From Clostridiales bacterium (GTDB lineage: Bacteria > Bacillota > Clostridia > Saccharofermentanales > Saccharofermentanaceae), in contig JAFRQR010000003.1 in the NCBI GenBank assembly GCA_017428545.1, positions 17,311 to 49,310 on the forward strand: 32,000 nucleotides of DNA, written 5' to 3'. A model generated the notes under the pieces. It was not told the DNA's origin, did not search any database, and saw only the letters and a list, made by a program, of their open reading frames with translations. A program made the translations under genes and the position numbers. Within the stretch, counting starts at the first letter, position 1. The number at the start of each line of letters is the position of its first letter. Of the stretch, positions 8,855 through 16,429 are shown one piece after another.

Positions 8855-10143
8855 TTATGCGGTTATGGATTTAATGGATTTGGGTGGAAAGATAGCAAGC
8901 TCCTCGGGCGGTGCGTTTACGATCTCCTGTCGCAGTTCCTCGATCTGCTTCAGCTTTTCCGCCTTGGATTTCGCCGCCTCTGCCGCAAGCCGTTCGGCGT
9001 TCTTTTTCTTGCGTCGGGCAAGCTCGTAATCTCTCCGCTTTCGGTATTGGTCTTTCCAATACTGCTTTTTCTTCATCTCCTCGATTTCTTCGGGCGTGGG
9101 TTCGGGCAAAGGAACCTCAATACGACCGATGAAGTTGAGGTAGATATCCACCTCTTGAATACGCTCGCCGGTGGACTTGTTGGGAGCATGGACGAGGATC
9201 TTTTCCACGAACTCGTTGATCATTTGATTGGTCAGTCCCGTAAATCCGTGTACTTCCGGATAAGCTCCATAAAGCCGTTGATGTTCGTTGTGTCCTGATC
9301 GTATACAGATATCTCCGTCTCGGCTTCGACTATGACGGTCTTTATCTCTTTCTGCTCGTTCTCGTATTCTTTGGATAACGCCTCAAAACGTTCCTCCGTA
9401 ATCTTGCCGAGAGCGTAGGTTTCATACAACTTCTTGTAGAGGATATCCAGTTCGTCGAAACGCCGTTTATCTCGATTCAACTTCCGCTTTTTCTCTTTGG
9501 CGGCGGCGTCCTGTTTCAATACAGACGCCTTGCGTACACGTTCTACGAAATCTTCTTTGTTTGTAATGGCGTATTTGCTGACCGTTCGGATCGTAAACAG
9601 GATCAGTTCCCGCAGAGCTTTCGTACTGATGTGATGCGAACAGCAAACCGGCTTTGTCCCTCGTATGGATAATTTATAGGTCGAACAGTCATAATCATTG
9701 TTCGGATTTAATCGCTCATTCTTCTGTTCTTCTGCAGTTCTACAAAGACGAACGTATTCTGCTTTCGTCAGTTCCTTTTCTTCGTTGCAAAAAGTTTTGC
9801 GCTGAACCTTGAATTGTTTGACGCACAGATCGAGCCACCCCGCAAATCTGAAAAAGGCGTTGATTGACGCGATCATCGAATTAGCGCTCGCCACGGCATA
9901 TTCCTTTTCAAGTTCCGCCTTATACGCCAATACCAAACCTTTATCAATCAGTTTTCCTGACGAAAATGCGATAAATCGCCGCACATCCCGCAGATACTTT
10001 TCCACAGTTAATTCGCTTTTTTCGTCATTACGAAGCTCATACTCAAATTCCGCAATCATTTGATTTGTAATTTTACTCTGTTCCATTTTCTTGACCTCCG
10101 TTTGAAACATTGTACTAAAATCTTGTGAAACTTTATATTCCAC
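8855..10143 (-). pseudogene. Chimeric, frameshifted recombinase remnant: tyrosine-recombinase N-terminal SAM-like domain fused to large-serine-recombinase C-terminus (zinc-ribbon, coiled coil, DUF4368-like tail)
   Basis: Residues ~21-145 (MEQSKITNQMIAEFEYELRN...SINAFFRFAGW...ELTKAEYVRL) look like a phage-integrase N-terminal domain, but no catalytic domain follows. From about nt 9708 the same frame continues as YDCSTYKLSIRGTKPVCCSHHISTKALRELILFTI...ITEERFEALSKEYENEQKEI...FMELIRKYTDLRD*, which is typical of TnpX/TndX-like serine recombinases. A 1-nt frameshift near 9226-9234 separates it from LTNQ/MINEFVEKILVHAPNKSTGERIQEVDIYLNFIG (9223-8855). No resolvase catalytic domain is present. Confidence 0.75.
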
Positions 10144-10209
10144 AATAGTTTAATACAGGACATTTCACTCCGGTTTCAAGAAAAGATGCTTCGATATGGA
10201 CTTTTTTGT

Positions 10210-10248
10210 AAAAAGCAGCCGACCTATGAAAAATATCATAAATCGGCT
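10210..10248 (-). terminator. Probable intrinsic terminator of the three-gene minus-strand operon
   Basis: On the minus strand there is an imperfect hairpin AGCCGA-tt-TATGA / TCATA-gg-TCGGCT (10248-10217), followed by GC then TTTTT (10214-10210). It starts 53 nt after the stop at 10301. Confidence 0.4.
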
Positions 10249-10300
10249 TTCTACTATATCTCAAGTATCATATTTGCTTTAAGCTGTGTATAATCAACAT

Positions 10301-11926
10301 TTATAGTATTCTTGTAGGACGTGCTACACTATCATCCTCATTAATCAATTTACCCAATATGTATTTCTCAAAAAGACCAAGCGAAAGAAATGTTACAACT
10401 TTGTCTTCATCTTGAAAGTCCAATTCTATCGGCTTAGATGAAAGAAATATAAGATGAGTTATGACATCGCCGTCAGCATTAATGAATTTCTTGATTTTGT
10501 CCGGCTCAGAAAGAACAAGATCATATCTTTGCCTACAATGATTGTAGTACTCACCCTTTCCAAACAGTTTATCGTAATCCGTAATCATTGCACTTGAGTT
10601 TAAAGAATCAGAAAAGTACTTTGCCTCTATTAAGAATAGCTCCTTGCTATCCTCAGAATAAAAAACTATATCATAATCTCCATAGTTAATATCTCGTTCC
10701 CCGAATATTCTTTGAAACTTTACATCTTTTTCATCTACGGTTGCCTGATAGTGTTTGTTTAATATTAGGCGAATCCTATCGACCAAAATGTCAGACAATT
10801 CTTGATTTCGCTTGCCCATAGCTTCTGAAAGAACATCGGCCTGATTGGAATAACACATGCCTCCGTTGCTGAAATATGAAATCCACAATTGTTTTGATTG
10901 CTCCAAAGCTGCATATGAAATCAATACATTCCCGTTTTCAAGACCAACAAACGGTCTTAATTCATATCGTTCCTTATTAGCCCCCGTTATCCATATAATG
11001 TCTTCATTATCGCGTAATTGCTTTTTAACTTTTTCTTTTGTTAGTACGAAACTATTGTAAAATGATTTTCCGTCGATTCTAGGTCTTGTATAATTTTCAA
11101 CTAGATTAATAAACTTTTCACGACCAATAATTGTAAGAGCTTTATCGTCTCCGTGTAACAAGTCTTCTTGAAAACTTTTCAGTGCAGCTAAAAACAAAAG
11201 GAATTCTACACCATGCGATTTTGAAAACGCTTTTCCAAAATCGCTTTCATTTGCATCTGAGGTAAGCGAATCGCAAACAAGAGAATCCTGATTACCAGTA
11301 ATAATTGTATTATAAAATATGACGGGATGATATTTTAACACTTCAAATGGCACATTCTTTTGAGGCGTGATTTTGAGTCCGTAGAATAATGATTGGCCGG
11401 GTCCTTTTGATAATGTTAACAAAGATATCGCCTGAGACAGCGCGCCGCATATATATAAATCTATTATTAATTCGTAATCCATTGAAAACCCACGGCTTTT
11501 TGCAGAAGCCATCGTATCTGCATCGTGTTGATACAAAATACAGTTTTCAATCCAAACATTACAAGAATCAATAATACTTCTCATTATGTTTCTATTTTCG
11601 ATAAACACATTTAATGCAGTTTCGCTTTGAATATTCAATCTTGCCAGTTTTGTTCTTGCTTTCTTTTCGGCAAGATATATGGCATGGACTTCATCAAAAA
11701 TATAATGCAGTTTCATGAACATATCATAGGTATTTTCCTCTTTAAGATTCTTTAATAGTTTTTCTTGGATAATTGAAATCTTGTCGAGCATCATTTGGAT
11801 TGCTTCTTTTCGGTCATTGATTACTTTCTCACCATCTCCAAATAAGCTTTTAAACCTATTGTGAACCATGGAGGTTGGAACCCCCATCATAAGCCAAAAA
11901 GGCCTGGTTTGAAAAAGCATACACAT
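10301..11926 (-). CDS. Uncharacterised 541-aa protein with C-terminal PD-(D/E)xK-like nuclease motif (operon gene 3)
   Basis: AGGAGA RBS lies 8 nt before the ATG at 11926. The C-terminal segment GDYDIVFYSEDSKELFLIEAKYF gives D (10670-10672) ... E-A-K (10627-10619), the restriction-endonuclease-fold signature. The N-terminal ~400 aa has no motif I recognise. Very AT-rich. Confidence 0.8.
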   Translation of the reverse strand: MCMLFQTRPFWLMMGVPTSMVHNRFKSLFGDGEKVINDRKEAIQMMLDKISIIQEKLLKNLKEENTYDMFMKLHYIFDEVHAIYLAEKKARTKLARLNIQSETALNVFIENRNIMRSIIDSCNVWIENCILYQHDADTMASAKSRGFSMDYELIIDLYICGALSQAISLLTLSKGPGQSLFYGLKITPQKNVPFEVLKYHPVIFYNTIITGNQDSLVCDSLTSDANESDFGKAFSKSHGVEFLLFLAALKSFQEDLLHGDDKALTIIGREKFINLVENYTRPRIDGKSFYNSFVLTKEKVKKQLRDNEDIIWITGANKERYELRPFVGLENGNVLISYAALEQSKQLWISYFSNGGMCYSNQADVLSEAMGKRNQELSDILVDRIRLILNKHYQATVDEKDVKFQRIFGERDINYGDYDIVFYSEDSKELFLIEAKYFSDSLNSSAMITDYDKLFGKGEYYNHCRQRYDLVLSEPDKIKKFINADGDVITHLIFLSSKPIELDFQDEDKVVTFLSLGLFEKYILGKLINEDDSVARPTRIL

Positions 11927-11953
11927 ATGTATTCTCTCCTAAAAAATAGTTTT

Positions 11954-13228
11954 TTAAATAATGGTCAGTATTTTATCGATCAGCGAACCCAGTTTATTAT
12001 CCTCAAGATAAATTTTAAAACGAACCAATCTGTCAATTTCTTCACACATCAGTTCAGTTTTCTTTTTATTCAAATATACCTTAAGTCTTCGCTTGCATTT
12101 TACAGGAAGCACAGTGCAAATATATTCAAGTTGTTGCGCGTTATAATCATTTACTTTTCTTTCTTCAAATTGTTCTAACAGAATATCAGTCACGGCCATA
12201 AACAAATCAAATTTTGAAATCCTGGTGTTTTTTTCGCTTATGGCAGAATTTTCCGAGATTATTTGAGTAATAGTTGCAAGGTCGAAAACACTTTTAATCT
12301 TTTCTGATTCTCTAATTTGCAATGCAAAATCTGACTGGAGATTTCCAATTAGTTTTTGCGCAAAAATAGTCGGATACCTTTTGTGAACCAATAAATAATT
12401 TACCAACAAAGATGCTTGGGTCTTATTATCGCACTTATCCAAATGGCTGATAAAAGCATCAACTGACGTACACAGTTTATTTCTAACTTCTTTTTCGCAA
12501 TCATTAGAACACATTCCGCTTTCTATCTGATGCAATTCATCAACATTCCTTGATACTTTTGTTGAAATCATAAAAAGTCCGATATTCTTTAATAAATCAT
12601 TATCGCTTTTTAAAAGAGATATTATTAGCGTGTCAGATGGATCAGTTAAAAAAAGCGGATTTATCATATTTAAGAGCAATATGCGACTTTCATCATTATA
12701 CGCAAGTTTTTCAAATTTCCCCTGATCTATTTTTTGCAGTATTCTTGCTGCCATTATTATAACTAAATAATTTCTATATGAATCATAGAAAAAGAAACGA
12801 TTAAGATATTCATACTTATTCCGGAACCGTTCGTCTCCCCACTTAATCTTAAAGGTAAAGTTATCAGACTTTCCACATAATAATCTTGTTAACCCGCCAT
12901 AAAGGCAATTAGTCAAATTGTATTTTTCAATAGATGACTTTATTTCGTCATCGCAGTCCAGATTTCGGCATAATAAAGACAAGACAATAATTAGAACTGA
13001 CTTGCCTTTTGATTGACCATGAACCAAATCAATATATTGCTTAAGTTCACAGAAAACTGTATTTATGGATTTTCTATGTAAAATCCCATTTATTCTTTTT
13101 TTGACCTTGTTGAACATTGATGGCTCGTTTATATAATCATTTACAGCTATACCTAGATCAAGTATCGTTTTCTGATTTATCATTTTTATATATTCTTGTG
13201 TGCAATAATATTTCCGTCTTCCATCCAA
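11954..13228 (-). CDS. Uncharacterised ~409-424-aa, apparently all-helical protein (operon gene 2)
   Basis: Long ORF in the same orientation and composition as its neighbours. The start is either TTG at 13228 (43-nt overlap with gene 1) or ATG at 13183 (2 nt after the gene 1 stop). No Walker or other catalytic signature was recognised, only a loose R-x5-H string (SRNVDELHQ). Confidence 0.75.
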   Translation of the reverse strand: MDGRRKYYCTQEYIKMINQKTILDLGIAVNDYINEPSMFNKVKKRINGILHRKSINTVFCELKQYIDLVHGQSKGKSVLIIVLSLLCRNLDCDDEIKSSIEKYNLTNCLYGGLTRLLCGKSDNFTFKIKWGDERFRNKYEYLNRFFFYDSYRNYLVIIMAARILQKIDQGKFEKLAYNDESRILLLNMINPLFLTDPSDTLIISLLKSDNDLLKNIGLFMISTKVSRNVDELHQIESGMCSNDCEKEVRNKLCTSVDAFISHLDKCDNKTQASLLVNYLLVHKRYPTIFAQKLIGNLQSDFALQIRESEKIKSVFDLATITQIISENSAISEKNTRISKFDLFMAVTDILLEQFEERKVNDYNAQQLEYICTVLPVKCKRRLKVYLNKKKTELMCEEIDRLVRFKIYLEDNKLGSLIDKILTII

Positions 13229-14559
13229 GATTTGAGATCTTTTAATATTTTTTTAGAAGATGCAGGGCTAAGTTTAGATATACAATAAAAATTTCTATCT
13301 AGAGAATTGAATGATGTTCCAATTGATACCCCACTATAGCCATTTTTGTTATTCTGTAATAAAAATCTATCATGTATGGGGAATTTTGATTGATATAGTC
13401 CAATACCTAATCTCTTTTTTATACGAATAATATTGCCCATTACAGCATCTTCCTTTATTTTTTTAAAAAAGGAATCAGCGTTCAAACTATTGTTGGATCC
13501 ATTACAAAAGAAAACTATACTCTTAAATTTGGCGTTACAATTTGCAATAATCCTCAACCAATCCAAAGAGCAACCTATACCGTCATTATCAGAAAAATAA
13601 GAATCAAATAACCATATTTCGTTGGTAGCAGATTCTATTTCTTTCCACAACAAATTGTTGACTACCGATAACTGATTTGGTTTAATAAAATGAACTTGGT
13701 CATCCGGTTGATCTGTTTTGATTTGCCTTCTTATTTCAAATTCGGACTTTCTAATAACGGTGTTATAATCCGAACGTTTTCCAATGTGTGTAATACGTTC
13801 ATTACTTGTTTTTGCAGGAATATACTCTGATGCAATTTTATTAAGTTTTATAGGCTTCAAGTTTTGTTTTATGCCAATTTGAAAATCTAAACTTGTAATA
13901 TAACTTACATCTCTATTGCAGAATACCAAATTGCCGTCTTGAAAAACCTCAATATCATGGCTGTTCCATGTTTTATCACACTCTATTTCTATATCTCTTG
14001 TTTCAGTTTCATTGTTTAAAAGTTGACTAGATACAATTATCCCATTTTCTTTGAATTGAACTACTATTGAAGACTTGGCAGGAACCTTTTCAATTATTAC
14101 GCTCCCTTTCTCGTTAGTCTTCAAACCGAATTCATGAGGTTCAAAAACGAAAGCATCTCCCAATGCCATTGGATTTAAAAGGATATCTATTCCTGTATAT
14201 TCTTTAATAAACTCACTGATTTTGCAAAAATCATCCGATGATATGCTTAAACGATATTCATCATTGTTTATCTCAAATATGCATAACGGCTTTTCAAAAA
14301 AACAGTAACGTGTCATTTTGGCACAAGTGGAATCATTATAAGGATTCATGGTTGACCGCGGTTGCAACAAGCCGGTTTCTATTTGAATCCAACCATCTGA
14401 AACAATTGCATGATCGCAATAGCTTTCTGTAAACACAAGATTAAATCTGCCGACTTTGATTGTTCTTTTTAGTATTCGACCGGTTGCTTTTTTTCTAAAA
14501 CCTTGGTGAAAAATAGTTAATAGAGGTTGCCCTTTAAACAAGATCTTATCGCAAATCAT
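13186..14559 (-). CDS. Uncharacterised 457-aa protein with C-terminal HDR-type PLD-like (MIT_C-like) module (operon gene 1)
   Basis: GGGAG RBS lies just upstream of the ATG at 14559. The C-terminal ~145 aa reads IWLFDSYFSD...SIVFFCNG...PIHDRFLLQNNKNGYSGVSIGTSFNSLD (His codon 13372-13374). This resembles the DxY...IHDR...G..IG.G(L/F)D layout I recall for the PLD-fold C-terminal domain of MITD1. The N-terminal ~300 aa appears beta-rich and I cannot assign it. Confidence 0.8.
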   Translation of the reverse strand: MICDKILFKGQPLLTIFHQGFRKKATGRILKRTIKVGRFNLVFTESYCDHAIVSDGWIQIETGLLQPRSTMNPYNDSTCAKMTRYCFFEKPLCIFEINNDEYRLSISSDDFCKISEFIKEYTGIDILLNPMALGDAFVFEPHEFGLKTNEKGSVIIEKVPAKSSIVVQFKENGIIVSSQLLNNETETRDIEIECDKTWNSHDIEVFQDGNLVFCNRDVSYITSLDFQIGIKQNLKPIKLNKIASEYIPAKTSNERITHIGKRSDYNTVIRKSEFEIRRQIKTDQPDDQVHFIKPNQLSVVNNLLWKEIESATNEIWLFDSYFSDNDGIGCSLDWLRIIANCNAKFKSIVFFCNGSNNSLNADSFFKKIKEDAVMGNIIRIKKRLGIGLYQSKFPIHDRFLLQNNKNGYSGVSIGTSFNSLDRNFYCISKLSPASSKKILKDLKSWMEDGNIIAHKNI

Positions 14560-14600
14560 TTTACTCCCACAATAGTCTTTTACATTTTTTATTTGAGTTT

Positions 14601-14629
14601 ATTATACAAAAGAATAATGAATAATTCAA
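14601..14629 (-). promoter_or_regulatory. Near-consensus promoter of the three-gene operon
   Basis: On the minus strand: TTGAAT (14629-14624), 17-nt spacer, TATAAT (14606-14601). It lies about 40 nt upstream of the ATG at 14559. Confidence 0.55.
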
Positions 14630-14646
14630 GATTTTACTTATTCTAT

Positions 14647-14964
14647 CTAGTATACTTTTGTAATAATAAATATTTCGTCCGGTGAATACAGATCCTCGCA
14701 AGTGTGGAAGCCGAACAGACTCAATTCGGGTGATTTGTTATGCCGCGCGGTGTCGTATGTTATATCCAAGTTCCACCAAGTACCGTCAAAGTAGACACGA
14801 TTCCAAGAGTGCTGCATTTGCGTGTCCGTTTTCTTCATGCCGTCTAAACAATAGCAGGGTACGCCCTGGCTCCGGCAGATTGCCGCGAACAAGTTAGCGA
14901 AATCATAACAGATCCCGCTTTTCAATGAAAGCGTCCGTTTTACGTTGAAGCACTGAAAAACAGG
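14647..14964 (-). pseudogene. Transglutaminase-like cysteine protease core fragment (N-terminally truncated)
   Basis: LKSGICYDFANLFAAICRSQGVPCYCLDG...HSWNRVYFDGTWWNLDITYD matches the transglutaminase-core Cys/His/Asp pattern (GvC.dfA...R..GIP.R.v.G...HaW..vy..g.W...D.T). The frame is open only back to a TGA at 14965-14967 with no ATG (TTG at 14925). Only ~92-105 aa remain of a domain that is normally embedded in a larger protein. Confidence 0.7.
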
Positions 14965-15041
14965 TTCATAATCATTATCGTATCAATCATTATAAGCCTA
15001 CTTCTCTTACATACCCGTCACCTGCTTGACGGGATATTATT

Positions 15042-15515
15042 ATGCGAAAGCGAGGTGAGCAACAATTGAGGACAGATATTAACCGTGTCGACAGTATTTC
15101 AAAAGAGATGAAACTCAACGACAAGTTATACGAGCAAATGAAAGAAGAACTCGACGACCTGATCCTCGACTACTATTTCAGTGATTACGAATACGGCGAG
15201 AACGAAGAGGTCATATACGGATTTGAGACCCTGTATTTCTTCAGACGTATTCTCTCAGTTATGAGCAATCGTGACCTTCCTTTCAAAGCTGCGCTCGGGC
15301 TGTATTTCTTCCGTGACCGGCTGAAGATCATCAACAACTTTCGTGAATACTACCTACCTGACGAGGACTCGGATTCTGAGATGCTTGAATTCATTCTTGA
15401 ACTCAGCTACCGCTTTTACGACCTCATATATATCCCCGGTATGACCGAAGACGAAATGCTTGATCTGGTTGAAGAATGCAGAGAGTACCGAAAGGAGGCG
15501 TCAAAGTGTGGGTAA
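15042..15515 (+). CDS. Hypothetical acidic protein (first gene of the transfer-module operon)
   Basis: 157-aa ORF co-oriented with and overlapping the next gene. It is Asp/Glu/Tyr-rich and I recognise no family. The start is uncertain (alternative ATG at 15109). Confidence 0.55.
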   Translation: MRKRGEQQLRTDINRVDSISKEMKLNDKLYEQMKEELDDLILDYYFSDYEYGENEEVIYGFETLYFFRRILSVMSNRDLPFKAALGLYFFRDRLKIINNFREYYLPDEDSDSEMLEFILELSYRFYDLIYIPGMTEDEMLDLVEECREYRKEASKCG

Positions 15516-16429
15516 CTCCTGAGCAAATAGAAAACGCGAGACGGATGGATCTGCTCACATATCTTCAAACTTACGAGCCGGATAACTTGCAACGACTCGG
15601 AACGGAAACTTACTGTACGAAAGAACACGATTCACTGAAAATATCGAACGGAATGTGGCATTGGTTCTCGCGCCATATCGGCGGCAAAAACGCTCTTGAC
15701 TACCTTATCAAAGTCAAGGGCTTTTCTTTTTTGCTGGCGGTGATGACGATCAATAACGCGGCTGAAGGAAAGCAAGTAAACCGTGAGGAAAGGGAGAAGC
15801 TGAAAGATCTCGAAGTACCGAAACTCAACCCGAACATCCGAAGAGTAAAACGCTACCTTATGAGCCGCGGGATTGACGAGCGTCTTATCGACTATTGCCA
15901 CAAAGAAGGGATGCTTTTTGAGGACGAGGATCACCACAACTGCGTCTTCATAGGAAAGGATGAACAAGGCGTCCCGAAGTTTGGCTCGCTGAGAAGTACA
16001 ACGACAGATTTCAAACGGGATCTCGACGGAAGCGATAAAAAGTATGCCTTTAATCTTTGCCTTAAAAAAGGATCAGACACGCTGCACGTATTCGAGGCTG
16101 TCATCGACCTGATGAGCCATATCACTCTTTCTGTCAAATCAAATAAAGAGTGGTACAAGGACGGATATCTTTCGCTCGGCGGCGTTTATGCGACGGATAA
16201 CAAGAAGGATATTCCGCTCGCGCTGAACTCTTTTCTTGAGAGTCATCCGGATATAAGAGCGATCCGTCTTCATCTTGACAACGATGAGATCGGGAGAAAG
16301 GCGACCGAGCAGATCACGGAAGCGTTAAAAGACAAATATGAAGTTATCGACGAGCCGCCGAAAAGCGGCAAGGACTACAACGAGTATTTGCAAAATGAAA
16401 TACGAAGAAGAAAGGAGCCGACACGATGA
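15506..16429 (+). CDS. DUF3991 + Toprim domain protein (primase-like, conjugative element)
   Basis: VWVTPEQIENARRMDLLTYLQTYEPDNL...KISNGMWHWFSRHIGGKNALDYLIKVKG is the typical DUF3991 N-terminus. The C-terminal Toprim carries the LHLDNDEIGRKA (DxD) motif. GTG start at 15506 is preceded by AGGAGG. Confidence 0.85.
   Translation: MWVTPEQIENARRMDLLTYLQTYEPDNLQRLGTETYCTKEHDSLKISNGMWHWFSRHIGGKNALDYLIKVKGFSFLLAVMTINNAAEGKQVNREEREKLKDLEVPKLNPNIRRVKRYLMSRGIDERLIDYCHKEGMLFEDEDHHNCVFIGKDEQGVPKFGSLRSTTTDFKRDLDGSDKKYAFNLCLKKGSDTLHVFEAVIDLMSHITLSVKSNKEWYKDGYLSLGGVYATDNKKDIPLALNSFLESHPDIRAIRLHLDNDEIGRKATEQITEALKDKYEVIDEPPKSGKDYNEYLQNEIRRRKEPTR

Noticed and set aside
8849-9298. 149-aa plus-strand ORF, plus small ORFs at 8871-9132
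   Set aside because: They are antisense to or out of frame with the serine-recombinase C-terminal remnant, whose conserved DUF4368-like sequence identifies the minus strand as the (formerly) coding one.
10140-14576. Exact 10-nt direct repeat CCACAATAGT at 10140-10149 and 14567-14576 bracketing the three-gene operon (possible target-site duplication)
   Set aside because: Exact 10-mers are expected to recur by chance hundreds of times in 32 kb. The right copy also lies inside the operon's 5' UTR/RBS rather than at the compositional boundary, leaving the promoter outside the bracketed segment. I do not call it a TSD, but it is worth rechecking against empty-site homologues.
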